Positions 37,020 to 49,119 of a stretch of DNA of 64,000 nucleotides are shown piece after piece. The notes under the pieces are model-generated. The model saw only the letters and a program-made list of their open reading frames with translations, had not been told where the DNA came from and made no database searches. Source of the stretch: Leptogorgia sarmentosa (taxonomy: Eukaryota); contig OZ210885.1 of assembly GCA_964658305.1 (NCBI GenBank), positions 4,712,001 through 4,776,000 on the forward strand. The letters are read 5' to 3'. Each line of letters begins with the position of its first letter. The stretch's first letter is position 1. Both the position numbers and the translations under genes were made by a program.

Positions 37020-39525
37020 AACTCTCAACAAAGGCCGGGCTTTTGGTCGAAACGTGGAATCCATTTCTATCATTTACGTTGTAAGTTAACTTTGGTTGCT
37101 CCTTCATGTCATTGCCCGTATAACACCAAAATTTTCCAAATCCTCGTTCATCTCGAGCGCCATGTAGTGAGTTTAACTTGGCTGCTGTTTGACGTTATTG
37201 TCCGCTATCTACATTAGCCATACACTGCAGTGAAATCAATATTTGGAGATAAAATTTTCCCTAGCAACTCCACGATAATGCCATTATCAACAGTCTGGTG
37301 AGTATGTGAACTGTCAACTGTGTATGACACGTTACGTTTTTGTTTGTTAAAAAGACACATCAAGAGAAAGAACTTTACATTCTGAAAGTTGTCGGAAAAG
37401 ATCAGATAGGGCAGGAGCGTCAGACGTAGGAAAACTAGCGACGAAAATTAGTACATTGTCACGTTATATTTACAGTATCGTACTACGAATAATCATTCCA
37501 GAAAGACCATCCAAATTCGCGATTCTATATATCTAGGGGATTTTTTGGATCAAAGCCATTTTCCGTTACGTAGTTCCTACTCCATGTGGCAAACTCATAA
37601 CATTCGCTATTGTTCAACAATTTCATATCCATGAATGAGTGTAAATGCCTCAATTCTCATAGCGTCCATGCACGCATGTGTTATTGAAATGGCCGAAAAA
37701 CAGTAGAATTGGACGGTTATAGAGCTGATTGCAAAACATTATCTCCATATTGCGCGGGCGAAACGGTCGTAATGGGAAAATTCTAAAAAATATGTGGTCA
37801 GTGTAGGTTGCCATAACATCATAGACAAAACGATGCGATTGACAAAAACGTTCGACGTTTCTAACATAAGTCTCATTTCCATAACAATCGTGGCAAGAGC
37901 TTAAAGCTTGACGTTGTCAAAAATTGCGGGCTTATCGACAAACTCTCAAACATTGTTTGAAGAGAACCCATTTTAATGCATGGAGGGAACACTCAGGTAC
38001 AGCTTTTTATCGGTGAAGAGCTTTTGGAAAATAATCCGATTAATCTTTTGCAAATAATTTTTATTAGTATGCATGTAAATTTGACAACTAAGTGGGTAAT
38101 TTGAGTGGATATTAGGCTTGACAATGTGTTATTTGTATTTAAATTCACACTTGTACTAACTACCAAGTTCGACATTGTAGAAAATTATTTCACAGAGCAT
38201 GCTTTCATTTATATATAGCCACTCATGCAGAGATAAAAAATCTATGTTGCCGGATGCTTCAATGTATGGTCAAAATAATGACGCGTTATTCGCTATGATG
38301 AAGTTGATGAATGTTGTCAAAATTTCTACGTACAACCTAAACGATATCCAGAAGATTCGATGTAGTGCATGTGTCAAATAATATCTGGTGTGATGCATGA
38401 GCCCTCGACAAAGTGACTTTGCTCGAAACGTTGAATCTGTCTGTACCGTTTAGTAGTGAGATTAACTTGGCTGCTTCTTGATGTTATTGTCCGCTACCTA
38501 CACTGGCCATATTCTGCAGAGAAATAAGCTTTCGGGGATAAAAGTTTCCCTAGCAACTCCACTATACCTCTCGATAACAGTAAGATTGAACGGCTTCTGA
38601 GCATATTCAAAAAAATTGAAAACGGAAAACGTTTACAATAATATGTGGTCAGTGTAGGTTGCCGTAACAACATCAACAGGACGATGCAGCAGCCAAAAAC
38701 GTTTCCGAAATAAGTCTCATGTCCTGATGTCCATAGCAATCGTGGAAAGAGTAGCGATCAAAATCTAAGAGTCTGACTTTCCGACAAACTCTCAAATATT
38801 GTTTTTTTCTCGTACGAGTCTGGTGAGTGTGTGAACTGTCAACTGTGCGTGACACGTTACGTTTTTGTTTGTTAAAGAGACACATCAAGAGAAAGAACTT
38901 TACATTCTGAAAGTTGTCGGAAAAGATCAGATAGGACAGGAGCGTCAGACGTAGCTAGAAAAACTAGCGACGAAAATTAGTACATTGTCACGTTATATTT
39001 ACAGTATCGTCGGTTTTATCACAGCGCTACCAAACATCTAAGCATCAAAAGAGTTCTGAATTGCTACGAATAATCATTGCAGAAAGACCATCCAAATTCG
39101 CGATTCTATATATCTAGGGGATTTTTTAGGTCAAAGCCATTTTCCGTTACGTAGTTCCTACTCCAAGTGGCAAACTCATAACATTCGCTATTATTCAACA
39201 ATTTCATATCCATGAATGAATGTAAATGCCTCAATTTTCAAAGCGTCTACGCATGTGTTATTGAAATGGCCGAAAAAAACAGTAAAATTGGACGGCTATG
39301 GGGCTGATTCCAAAACATGCATTATCTCCATATGCGCGGGCGAAACGGCCGTAATGGAAAATTCTAAAAATATGTGGTCAGTGTAGGTTGCCGTAACAAC
39401 ATCAACAAAACAATACAATAGCCTAGGATTCGACGTTCCGACTATAGGTCTCATAGTCATGCATATATTATCATGGAAATTGGAAAGAGTATAGCTATCA
39501 AAATTTAAGAGTTTGACTTTGTCAT
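37020..39525. repeat. Diverged local duplication
   Basis: 37292-37930 matches 38817-39525; 37020-37295 resembles 38400-38585; a third partial copy lies at 38630-38810. Confidence 0.8.
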
Positions 39526-39591
39526 GATGAAATTGGCTCATCGATAAACTGTTTCCAACATACCGAATGAAAATATATATATATATATATA

Positions 39592-39950
39592 AAATAAATG
39601 TTTAGATTGATCACACAAGTAGGAGTATATAAAAAAAGTTATTTGTGGATACGATGAAGATGGAATAAAGGATATCAGTAAATAACACTCATTTTGCACT
39701 AACGTTTTCGCTTTTATTGTAAGCTCTTCAGGTGCTGAGTAAAAGTGTTTTGATATCCTATTTTATAGTGTGTTCACCACTGCGTCACTACACCTGTGGT
39801 GTTAAGTTACTAATCATTAATTATTTACATAAATATTTAACACAAACCTCTAGTTATTTAAAATATACATATGTTACAAAAAAATGGTATTTAACATGAA
39901 TTTAAGTCCGGTTGGAGCATAGAGATAATGTCTCTTTCTTTCGACTCTCT
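39592..39950 (-). mobile_element. Penelope-like element 3' end between (TA)n tracts
   Basis: Minus strand encodes RESKERDIISMLQPDLNSC*, like a GIY-YIG endonuclease C-terminus (E..I....P.LN), followed by a hammerhead motif. Confidence 0.75.
39687..39740 (-). ncRNA. Minimal type I hammerhead ribozyme
   Basis: ACUCA-GCAC CUGAAGA GCUU-acaauaa-AAGC GAAA ACGU UA GUGC-aaaa-UGAGU: intact core, paired stems I and II, palindromic mini stem III. Confidence 0.8.
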
Positions 39951-40067
39951 TATATATATATATATACAATGGATAATGTAGTAATAACCGTTGGTAGAGT
40001 GCTCAATGGATGACCAGAGCATATTATAATGAATTAAAGTTCAAAGATTCAACAGTCAAGACAAGAC

Positions 40068-40125
40068 ATTTTATTACTATTTAGTTTCGTGCCGCACGTA
40101 ACGTGTGGTACTCTTCAGATAAAAT
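40068..40125 (-). ncRNA. Minimal type I hammerhead ribozyme (intact core)
   Basis: AUUUUAU CUGAAGA GUACCACACG-uua-CGUGCGGCAC GAAA CUA-aa-UAG UA AUAAAAU. Confidence 0.8.
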
Positions 40126-40137
40126 TGTCTATAGATA

Positions 40138-40195
40138 ATTTTATCGGAAGAGTACCACACGTTACGTGTGGCACGAAACTAAATAGTAATAAAAT
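40138..40195 (+). ncRNA. Hammerhead copy with mutated core (CGGAAGA)
   Basis: Mirror of 40068-40125 with U4 changed to G. Confidence 0.6.
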
Positions 40196-40252
40196 GTCTT
40201 GTCTTGACTGTTGAATCTTTGAACTTTAATTCATTATATATATATATATATT

Positions 40253-40570
40253 TATTATATAGACAAGCACTATATATGAGATATTCTGTAATCTGATTGG
40301 CTGAGCTACTCACTAGCTATTACTTCATATATAGTGAGTAGGACGAATTAATTATCTCACTCAAGTGAGCTTAAAACAAAATGGCTGAAAATGGCTGAGC
40401 GTTTCCTCAATTGAATGATTTTAATAAATTTTATAATGTTCGCCTTTTGTCTATATAATAAAACAATTATACCATTCGCTCTCGTCGTATATGGCTGATA
40501 GTCAACTCGGCTGCGCCTCGTCGGCTATCAGCTCATATACGACTCGAGCTCATGGTATAATTGTTAAATA
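40253..40570. mobile_element. Hairpin-ended repeat
   Basis: tctgattggctga near the left end; terminal palindrome centred on ctcggctgcgcctcg. Confidence 0.7.
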
Positions 40571-41003
40571 TTTAACAATTATTGAATTCGGTCCTCGTAG
40601 GATATGAGGAATTATTATTTATTTCAAATAATTCAATAGTTTTGATTGGTTAAGAGCAGTGCATTAAATCCTCATATACGACATTATGACGTAATTATGT
40701 CGTATATTGAAAAGTATATGACATTATGACGTCGACTAATTTATGCTGGTCATGCCAAAAGCTGAAAAATACAAATGGCTTTATCAAAGAAGGTTCTTGT
40801 GTACAATGCGTTTACCCTAAGTCTGATAAAGATACAAATAAATAATAAAACAATTATTGAATCCGGTTCTCGTAGGATATGCTGAATTAGTAAGGCCTCG
40901 GTTTGTGTTATTTGCCTCAGCCTTCGGCTTCGTCAAATAACACAAACCTCGGCCTTAATAATTCCTCATATCCTACTCGACCTCATTTAATAATTGTTTA
41001 TTA
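40571..41003. mobile_element. Hairpin-ended repeat (A...A-loop-A' architecture)
   Basis: Left end aacaattattgaattcggtcctcgtaggatatg is directly repeated at ~40850, where it forms one arm of a ~150-bp palindrome. Confidence 0.75.
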
Positions 41004-41100
41004 TTCAGACCAAGAGAAAATGTTCTTATAGCTGTTGTGCATTTCAAGGTCGCAGTCAGAGCAATTCAACATAGCTAAACAAAAATCAAACAAATTTATT

Positions 41101-43437
41101 GGTTATGTATCTGGACATGCATTCGGATACGTATCTGGACATGTATTCGGAAATGTATCTGGACATGTATTGGGATACGTATCTGGACATGTATTCGGAT
41201 ACGTATCTGGACATGCATTCGGATACGTATCTGGACATGTATTCGGAAATGTATCTGGACATGTATTCGGATACGTATCTGGACATGTATTCGGATACGT
41301 ATCTGGACATGTATCTGGACATGTATTCGGATATGTATCTGGACATGTATTGGGATACATATCTGGACATGTATTGGGATATGTATCTGGACATGTATTG
41401 GGATATGTATCTGGACATGTATTGGGATACGTATCTGGACATGTATTGGGATATGTATCTGGACATGTATTGGGATATGTATCTGGACATGTATTGGGAT
41501 ACGTATCTGGACATGTATTGGGATATGTATCTGGACATGTATTGGGATATGTATCTGGACATGTATTGGGATATGTATCTGGACATGTATTGGGATACGT
41601 ATCTGGACATGTATTGGGATATGTATCTGGACATGTATTCGGATACGTATCTGGACATGTATTGGGATACATATCTGGACATGTATTCGGATACGTATCT
41701 GGACATGTATTCGGAAATGTATCTGGACATGTATTGGGATACGTATCTGGACATGTATTGGGATACGTATCTGGACATGTATTGGGATATGTATCTGGAC
41801 ATGTATTCGGATACGTATCTGGACATGTATTGGGATATGTATCTGGACATGTATTGGGATATGTATCTAAACATGTATTGGGATATGTATCTGGACATGT
41901 ATTGGGATACGTATCTGGACATGTATTGGGATATGTATCTGGACATGTATTGGGATATGTATCTGGACATGTATTGGGATATGTATCTGGACATGTATTG
42001 GGATACGTATCTGGACATGTATTGGGATATGTATCTGGACATGTATTGGGATACGTATCTGGACATGTATTGGGATATGTATCTGGACATGTATTCGGAT
42101 ACGTATCTGGACATGTATTGGGATATGTATCTGGACATGTATTGGGATACGTATCTGGACATGTATTGGGATATGTATCTGGACATGTATTGGGATACGT
42201 ATCTGGACATGTATTCGGATACGTATCTGGACATGTATTCGGATACGTATCTGGACATGTATTGGGATATGTATCTGTACATGTATTGGGATATGTATCT
42301 GGACATGTATTGGGATACGTATCTGGACATGTATTGGGATACGTATCTGGACATGTATTCGGATACGTATCTGGACATGTATTCGGATACGTATCTGGAC
42401 ATGTATTGGGATATGTATCTGGACATGTATTGGGATACGTATCTGGACATGTATTGGGATATGTATCTGGACATGTATTGGGATACGTATCTGGACATGT
42501 ATTGGGATATGTATCTGGACATGTATTGGGATACGTATCTGGACATGTATTCGGAAATGTATCTGGACATGTATTCGGATACGTATCTGGACATGTATTC
42601 GGATACGTATCTGGACATGTATTGGGATATGTATCTGGACATGTATTCGGATATGTATCTGGACATGTATTCGGATACGTATCTGGACATGTATCCGGAT
42701 ACGTATCTGGACATGTATCCGGATACGTATCTGGACATGTATCCGAATACGTATCTGGACATGTATTCGGAAATGTATCTGGACATGTATTCGGATACGT
42801 ATCTGGACATGTATTCGGATATGTATTCGGATATGTATCTGGACATGAATTCGGATACGTATCTGGACATGTATCCGGATACGTATCTGGACATGTATTC
42901 GGATACGTATCTGGACATGTATTGGGATATGTATCTGGACATGTATTGGGATACGTATCTGGACATGTATTGGGATATGTATCTGGACATGTATTGGGAT
43001 ACGTATCTGGACATGTATTGGGATATGTATCTGGACATGTATTGGGATACGTATCTGGACATGTATTCGGAAATGTATCTGGACATGTATTCGGATACGT
43101 ATCTGGACATGTATTCGGATACGTATCTGGACATGTATTGGGATATGTATCTGGACATGTATTCGGATATGTATCTGGACATGTATTCGGATACGTATCT
43201 GGACATGTATCCGGATACGTATCTGGACATGTATCCGGATACGTATCTGGACATGTATCCGAATACGTATCTGGACATGTATTCGGAAATGTATCTGGAC
43301 ATGTATTCGGATACGTATCTGGACATGTATTCGGATATGTATTCGGATATGTATCTGGACATGAATTCGGATACGTATCTGGACATGTATCCGGATACGT
43401 ATCTGGACATGTATTCGCATACGTATCTGGACATGTG
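41101..43437. repeat. 24-bp minisatellite (two related 12-mers), ~2.3 kb
   Basis: Unit ggacatgtat(tg/tc/cc)ggata(c/t)gtatct. Rare variants recur 516 bp apart (42745/43261 and 42841/43357). Confidence 0.97.
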
Positions 43438-43899
43438 CTGAAGTGGTAGCAGTTTAACGTTCAAATTTTGGTAGAGCTCTTAGCGCCAGGTATCAAATCA
43501 AAATGTTAGATTCAAGAAACAAAACGGGCAATGCAGACAGATGCTTATTTGATGTTGCTTCACAATTCAGCCAAAATGAGATAATTTATATTTGTGTGTA
43601 AGGTGACTTGGCAAATGGCATTGGTGAATTTAAAATCAAAGAAAAAGACGTTATATGGTGTTGTATGGGGTATTTATGAAGAAAAAACTAACAAGCCAAA
43701 TTAATCAACAAGTTCACATCCATCAAGAGAAGAAAATAACACTGGAAATCCAAGAAAAAAATTATAAGTATAAATCTAGAGAACACCTAACTCCCAACTA
43801 CCATGCTTACCTATATTTACAACAATCAATAAATGTATCTTTCATTATTTATAACAGAATAATTTCAGCAAGTTCTGCAGAATTATAGAAAAAATTTTT

Positions 43900-44859
43900 T
43901 TAGCTCAACCGCAATATCCTAAGGAGGATTTGTCCAGGAGCTTTTCTGTACTTGATATGTCTCATTCCATAAATATAAGCATTAACAACTGAGTTAATTG
44001 CATAAAACTCAAAGTGAAAAACTACGAACCACAACTGCTTGCATGATTCACTACATGAACTATATAACACCGCCCCAACCACGGTCGGTATCAAAACACA
44101 GAAAGTCAACACTGCGACAACAATGGAAAATGTTTTAACTGCTTTAAAAGCTTGAAAAAATCGACTTATTTCGCTGATATGCTTTCCTGATTGTCTATCG
44201 CAAATGGCATAGGCTACGGCTGTTTCAGCTAAAATACGTTTTCGTTGTTTCTCTGCAACAATCAAAATCCAAACATTCAGAATTAATATTAAAGTCAGTG
44301 GAAAATAGGCGGTAAAAGATGTGACGAAATACTCCAGATGATTACCTAAGTGGCAATAAACTCTCGATGTCTCGTTAAATTTTCTGTAATTAACCAATAA
44401 AACAGCAAAAACACAACAGGCAGTACACCAAATTCCCGACAGGGTTGCGAAAACTCGTCGTTTGGTCACAATCAGCGGATATTTGAGAGGTTTTACAATA
44501 TAGACACATCGATCAACAGTAATTGCGAGAAGTGTGGCTACTGAAGCGAACATTAATGCCCAGATGGTTGAACGACTTAACTTACAAAATAAGTCCTGAT
44601 CACTATCGATGTTTAATAAAGTTTGTATAAATTCAATCATCCATATTGGATAAAATGTTATACACACGAGAAGATCTGCCAATGCCAGGTTTCCAACCAA
44701 GTAAGATGTCGCTGTCCTTTCTTTGCTCGTGAAAATTGTATAAATTATAACTGTGATATTCCCCAAAACTCCAATAATCATTGCAATGAATTTAAACACA
44801 ACAGACGAAATGAGAATCTCATTTTGTACTGCGGACAAATGCGACGAGTTATTTGCCAT
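43900..44859 (-). CDS. Class A GPCR, copy 9, 319 aa, longer ICL3
   Basis: Full 7TM ORF from MANNSS; ICL3 contains AVAYAICDRQSGKHISEIS. Confidence 0.92.
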   Translation of the reverse strand: MANNSSHLSAVQNEILISSVVFKFIAMIIGVLGNITVIIYTIFTSKERTATSYLVGNLALADLLVCITFYPIWMIEFIQTLLNIDSDQDLFCKLSRSTIWALMFASVATLLAITVDRCVYIVKPLKYPLIVTKRRVFATLSGIWCTACCVFAVLLVNYRKFNETSRVYCHLGNHLEYFVTSFTAYFPLTLILILNVWILIVAEKQRKRILAETAVAYAICDRQSGKHISEISRFFQAFKAVKTFSIVVAVLTFCVLIPTVVGAVLYSSCSESCKQLWFVVFHFEFYAINSVVNAYIYGMRHIKYRKAPGQILLRILRLS

Positions 44860-45103
44860 ATGGGAGAGAACCGTTTGAATTTTCAATACACGACTAGACA
44901 TCAGTTAAGACGGCACAAATGATAAACTGAGTATAAATGTGTTGAATAATTAGAAAACAAAACGATCAATATCAGCCACTTAAAACGACGACATGCAAAC
45001 AATGCTTTCAGTTTATGTTGGCAGATGGCAAGCATTTTGCCAGTTTTTGCCACAGCTTGTTATTCAGGATAAGATTAGTAGTAATTTCACGTTGGAAACT
45101 ATA

Positions 45104-45783
45104 CAGGGTGTATAAAAAAAACTGAACAAATTTTAAATCGCTCCCAACTTCGCAAAGGGGCTCGGGGTACAAAGTTTTCGGTTCATGTGGATTGGTTGAG
45201 TACTTATAATGTAGAATAAACGAAAACATTTTGTAATTTGAATTTTCAAAAACCCGGGGGGAGTGTTGTTTCCAACAGATGGAAAATGTCTTGCGCACGA
45301 AATTTAAAGGCTCAAAAGCAATTTTTGTCAGGTTTTGTATTTCTGTTCAAAATTTCAGAAAAAGTGTTTGAGTTTAAGCCCTTGAAAACGCTGCGCAAAC
45401 TTTCATTTTTTAGAATAATTAGCTTTTTGCAAACTTTCATTTTTTAGAATAATTAGCTTTTTGCATGCTTATAATTTATTCTTGTATCTCATTTGCATAT
45501 GCAAATTTGGCAATTAGACACGCAAAAGGCGAATTATTCAATTTTTATTCAAAAAATGAAAGTTTGCGCGGCGTTTTGAAGGACTTAAACTCAAGCATTT
45601 TTTCTGAAATTTTGAACAGAAATACAAAACCTGACAAAGTTTCCGTCCATCAACTAAACATTGCTTTTGAGCCTTTAAATTTCGTGCGCAAGACATTTTC
45701 TATCTGTTGGAAAAAACACTAACCCCCGGGTTTTTGAAAATTCAAATTACAAAATTTTTCGTTTATTCTGCATTATAAGTACT
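45104..45783. mobile_element. Tc1/mariner-like long-TIR MITE, right end truncated
   Basis: Starts ta|cagggtg; ~45199-45420 is inverted at ~45545-45783. Confidence 0.7.
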
Positions 45784-46262
45784 GTTTTCGTTTACTTTGC
45801 TTATAGTTTGTTTACATAAAATAATTCACGCTCCTATCACCAGTTCACCACTTTGCTAGTGAAAAAAGCCAGTTTTGTTGCAGAAAATAACACTAAATAA
45901 AATATTTTATGTCGCTTGTTTGGTTCTCTTAAGGATGGTATAACACCAGAGACAGCAAATTTTAACCAATCAGATTGCAGGAAATGTTATAGTTACTTGA
46001 AAATTTATACTAAACGTATATAGAATAAAATGATATGTATGAAATAAACATCAATATTCATATGGCCGTTGCAGGATAGCTGAAAACGTAAACAATACCT
46101 CACTTTATTATACGACAATGACGTCATTTTACCATATAGGGACAAAAGCCGTATTGCACTCGCCATACTGCACTCCAATATACTGGTTTGAAACCGGCTT
46201 GTAGCGCGCGCTGCCCGACAATTTAGCGAAATATTAATTAATAATAAAGTTTAAATAAATAA

Positions 46263-46404
46263 GGCCTGTTTCAAACGTCGAACTTTAGTCGCGTCGAATG
46301 CAATACAGACAAAGGATAATGAGCTGATAATGAGGCAAGTTATCTCATAATCTATTGTTTTAATTGCATTCGACGCGACTAAAGTTCGACGTATGAAACA
46401 GGCC
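46263..46404. mobile_element. PIF/Harbinger MITE
   Basis: ~42-bp TIR ggcctgtttca...tcgaatgcaat with TAA on both sides. Confidence 0.82.
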
Positions 46405-46874
46405 TAAGTCTTTTAATCTAATAAATGTTAAATGATCAGAAATACAGTTGTTTGTTGTATAATAAATTCCTGATTGAATGGTTTGACATGCAATACGGCC
46501 TGATATTTTGTCAAACCATTCAATAAGCTATATATACCTCAACGGTACAATTTTACGCTTCGCGCAAGGGCACTTCGTCAGGTATAAGTAGTGAACATAT
46601 GAGTCACAAATAATTTCCGACGAAGGGCCTTAGACTATTTCATTACTCCAGGTTACACATTTGTCCTCCAACTTCATTTAAATACTCATTAGTCGCCAAA
46701 GACCGGTTCTGGGTTTCGGCTCGATTTTTGAACTGTTTTCGTCGGTCAAAAACGACATGTTACGTCACAATCCCGAATTGCTTCGTGGCATGCACGTGCG
46801 CATGGAACAATATTATACATATGGCATCAAAACTCGCCCTTGCCGACTAGCCCTGACATATCGCCAGCGACTAA

Positions 46875-47088
46875 AGCCCGTTTTCCACTCCATTATTTCG
46901 CCACCGCCGGCGAAAAAATAATTGGGAAAAAAATCACGTTTTTACATTCATTCGCCAGTGAAGAAATTTGTTCCGCCTCTCAACTTTTGTCAGACCTTTT
47001 ACTGATAGAGCGAAAGAACAAAGGATTAAATTTTTGGTGGCAAAATTTTTCGTCAGCGGCGGTGAAATACGTGAGAGGAAAACGGGCT
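46875..47088. mobile_element. PIF/Harbinger MITE (partial second copy ~60118-60297)
   Basis: TIR agcccgttttcc with TAA TSD. Confidence 0.82.
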
Positions 47089-47149
47089 TAACGCTCTTCG
47101 TTATTTTCCTCTATGCACAGGACTAAAAAACTATTAATGTTGCAATCCG

Positions 47150-47490
47150 TCACAATCGAGTTTATTCCATAAAATTCATAGTGAAAAAGACTCATCCAGT
47201 GATAGTCAAACAAGAGTTGGCATTAAAACACAGAAAGTAAACATTGCAACGACAATCTGGCTTTAGGGTGATTTGCATGCATAATGCATCACTCATGTTT
47301 GTTGCTGTTTCAACGAAGATACATTTTCGTTGTTTCTCCGCAACCATGAAAATGCAAATAATAAGAAGTCAGTGGAAGATAGATTACATAGATTATGAAA
47401 GTTTCCTTCATGTAGGGCAGAGTATCATCTAGGAAGCAGGAACTTCTTAAATTTATCGTCAAATTTTGTAAAATGAACTAGTGAACATTA
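47150..47490 (-). pseudogene. Highly decayed GPCR relic (ECL2-TM7); another 3'-end relic at ~47850-47950
   Basis: Contains family-diagnostic strings gagtttattccataaaattcatagtg and ttttcgttgtttctccgcaac. Confidence 0.75.
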
Positions 47491-48013
47491 ACTATTTGAG
47501 ATGTATTCAAAGTTAAGAGGATGGCCAAGTTAACAATTATTTACCGATGTCAGGGCCGGATTTTGGGGCGGGCCCCACCCCCCCCCCCCCCCCCCTAGAT
47601 CGGTTAATTTCTAAAATTATGCTGTAATAATGCTGTATGAATGAAATTCTGTGACATTTTCGTGTATGCATCTAGAACAGTGGCGTAGGAAATGTGGGGG
47701 CCAAATATATTTCGCCCTCCGTAATAGTTTTTCACTTTCTTCTTATTGCGGCAAAACATTCCAACACGACAGAACAAGTATTTCACATCGAATATCTATT
47801 AATGAACGAAAGAGGTATATGTGAGACCTCGAAAATGTCTCTCTCGAATGGTTTCTTGCATCGAAGAATCTTATTCATCGAGAATATGTCCTCTTTTGTA
47901 TTACTGATATGTCTCATGGTTCTAAATTTGTAAGCATTCACAATTGAATTAATTGTATGTCTTGTCTTGTCTTATGTAATTCTTTTTACAAGAATTTTGG
48001 ACCAGATCTAGAG

Positions 48014-48952
48014 TTACTTATTGGGTGCGGATATTTTAAAGCGACGTATTTGGAAAATTATTTGTCCAGTAGCTTTTCTGTACTTGGTATGTCGCATTCC
48101 ATAAATAAAAACATTGACAACAGAATTCATTCCATAAAATTCATAATGAAAAACTGTATACCAAAACTGGAGGAATGACTGACATGAAGACTCATTTAGT
48201 CCCAGTGCAACCAATGTCGGTGTTAAAACACAGAAAATCAACACTGCAACAACAATAGAAAATGTTTTAACTGCCTTAAGAGCTTGAAAAAATCCATTCA
48301 CATTTCTCCTGTTGGTTACTGTTTCAGTGAAGATACGTTTTCGTTGTTTCTCCGCAACGATTAAAATCCAAACATTGAGAATTACTATTAAAGTCAGTGG
48401 AAAGTAGACAGTAAACGTTTGTAAGAAATAATCAACTTTATCATTCAGGTAGCAAAAACTTCTGACAGCATCTGCCTGGAAATGTACTACTGAAACAATA
48501 AAAGGACAACAGGCAGTTAACCAAATAACCGACACAGCTGTAAAAACTCGTCGTTTGGTCACAATCAGCGGATACTTGAGAGGTTTTACAATGTAGAAAC
48601 ATCGATCAACAGTAATTGCGAGAAGTGTGGCTACTGAAGCGAACATAAAAGCCCAGAAGGTTGAACGACTCAACTTACAAAATAAGTCCTGATCACTATC
48701 GATGTTTAATATAGTCTGTATAAATTCAATCATCCATATTGGATAAAATGTTAAACACACGAGAAGATCTGCCAGTGCCAGGTTTCCAACCAAGTAAGAT
48801 GTCGCTGTCTTTTCTTTCCTCGTAAAAATTGTATAAACTATAACTGTGACATTTCCAAAAACACCAATAAGCATTGCGACGAATTTAAATACAACGGATG
48901 AAATAAGAATTTCACCTGGTATTGTGTAGAAATGCGACGAGTTATTAGCCAT
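48014..48952 (-). CDS. Class A GPCR, copy 11, 312 aa
   Basis: Full 7TM ORF. Confidence 0.92.
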   Translation of the reverse strand: MANNSSHFYTIPGEILISSVVFKFVAMLIGVFGNVTVIVYTIFTRKEKTATSYLVGNLALADLLVCLTFYPIWMIEFIQTILNIDSDQDLFCKLSRSTFWAFMFASVATLLAITVDRCFYIVKPLKYPLIVTKRRVFTAVSVIWLTACCPFIVSVVHFQADAVRSFCYLNDKVDYFLQTFTVYFPLTLIVILNVWILIVAEKQRKRIFTETVTNRRNVNGFFQALKAVKTFSIVVAVLIFCVLTPTLVALGLNESSCQSFLQFWYTVFHYEFYGMNSVVNVFIYGMRHTKYRKATGQIIFQIRRFKISAPNK

Positions 48953-49119
48953 GGCTGCATCGGCTTATGCGAGAGAATCTTTGAAAGTTTTCAATACAGA
49001 ACTCAACATCTGTTCAGAAATACGAAAAAGATAAACAGAGAACAAGTGTGTTGCGTAATGAGTTTAACGATCATTAACTACCTGCATGAGATGAATGAAT
49101 TTAAAGTACCGAGATAACG

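Larger units (their letters stand above)
40025..40238. repeat. Near-perfect ~214-bp palindrome (inverted Penelope-type terminal repeats)
   Basis: Arms mirror around ~40131 with a few mismatches; each arm carries a hammerhead motif; adjacent to (TA)n. Confidence 0.88.

Noticed and set aside
37020..37060. Further hammerheads (also ~38400, ~46560, ~58445)
   Set aside because: Penelope-like cgaaacg stems are present but the CUGANGA or GAAA core is degenerate.
41101..43437. CRISPR-like array
   Set aside because: No unique spacers, no cas genes, and eukaryotic context.
41035..43464. Long ORFs of 517-804 aa in several frames
   Set aside because: They arise because the 24-bp unit lacks stop codons on both strands; no unique domain, splice or signal evidence.
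48932..49117. Near-identical 61-aa ORFs at 48932 and 49695
   Set aside because: Antisense by-products of the inverted duplication.
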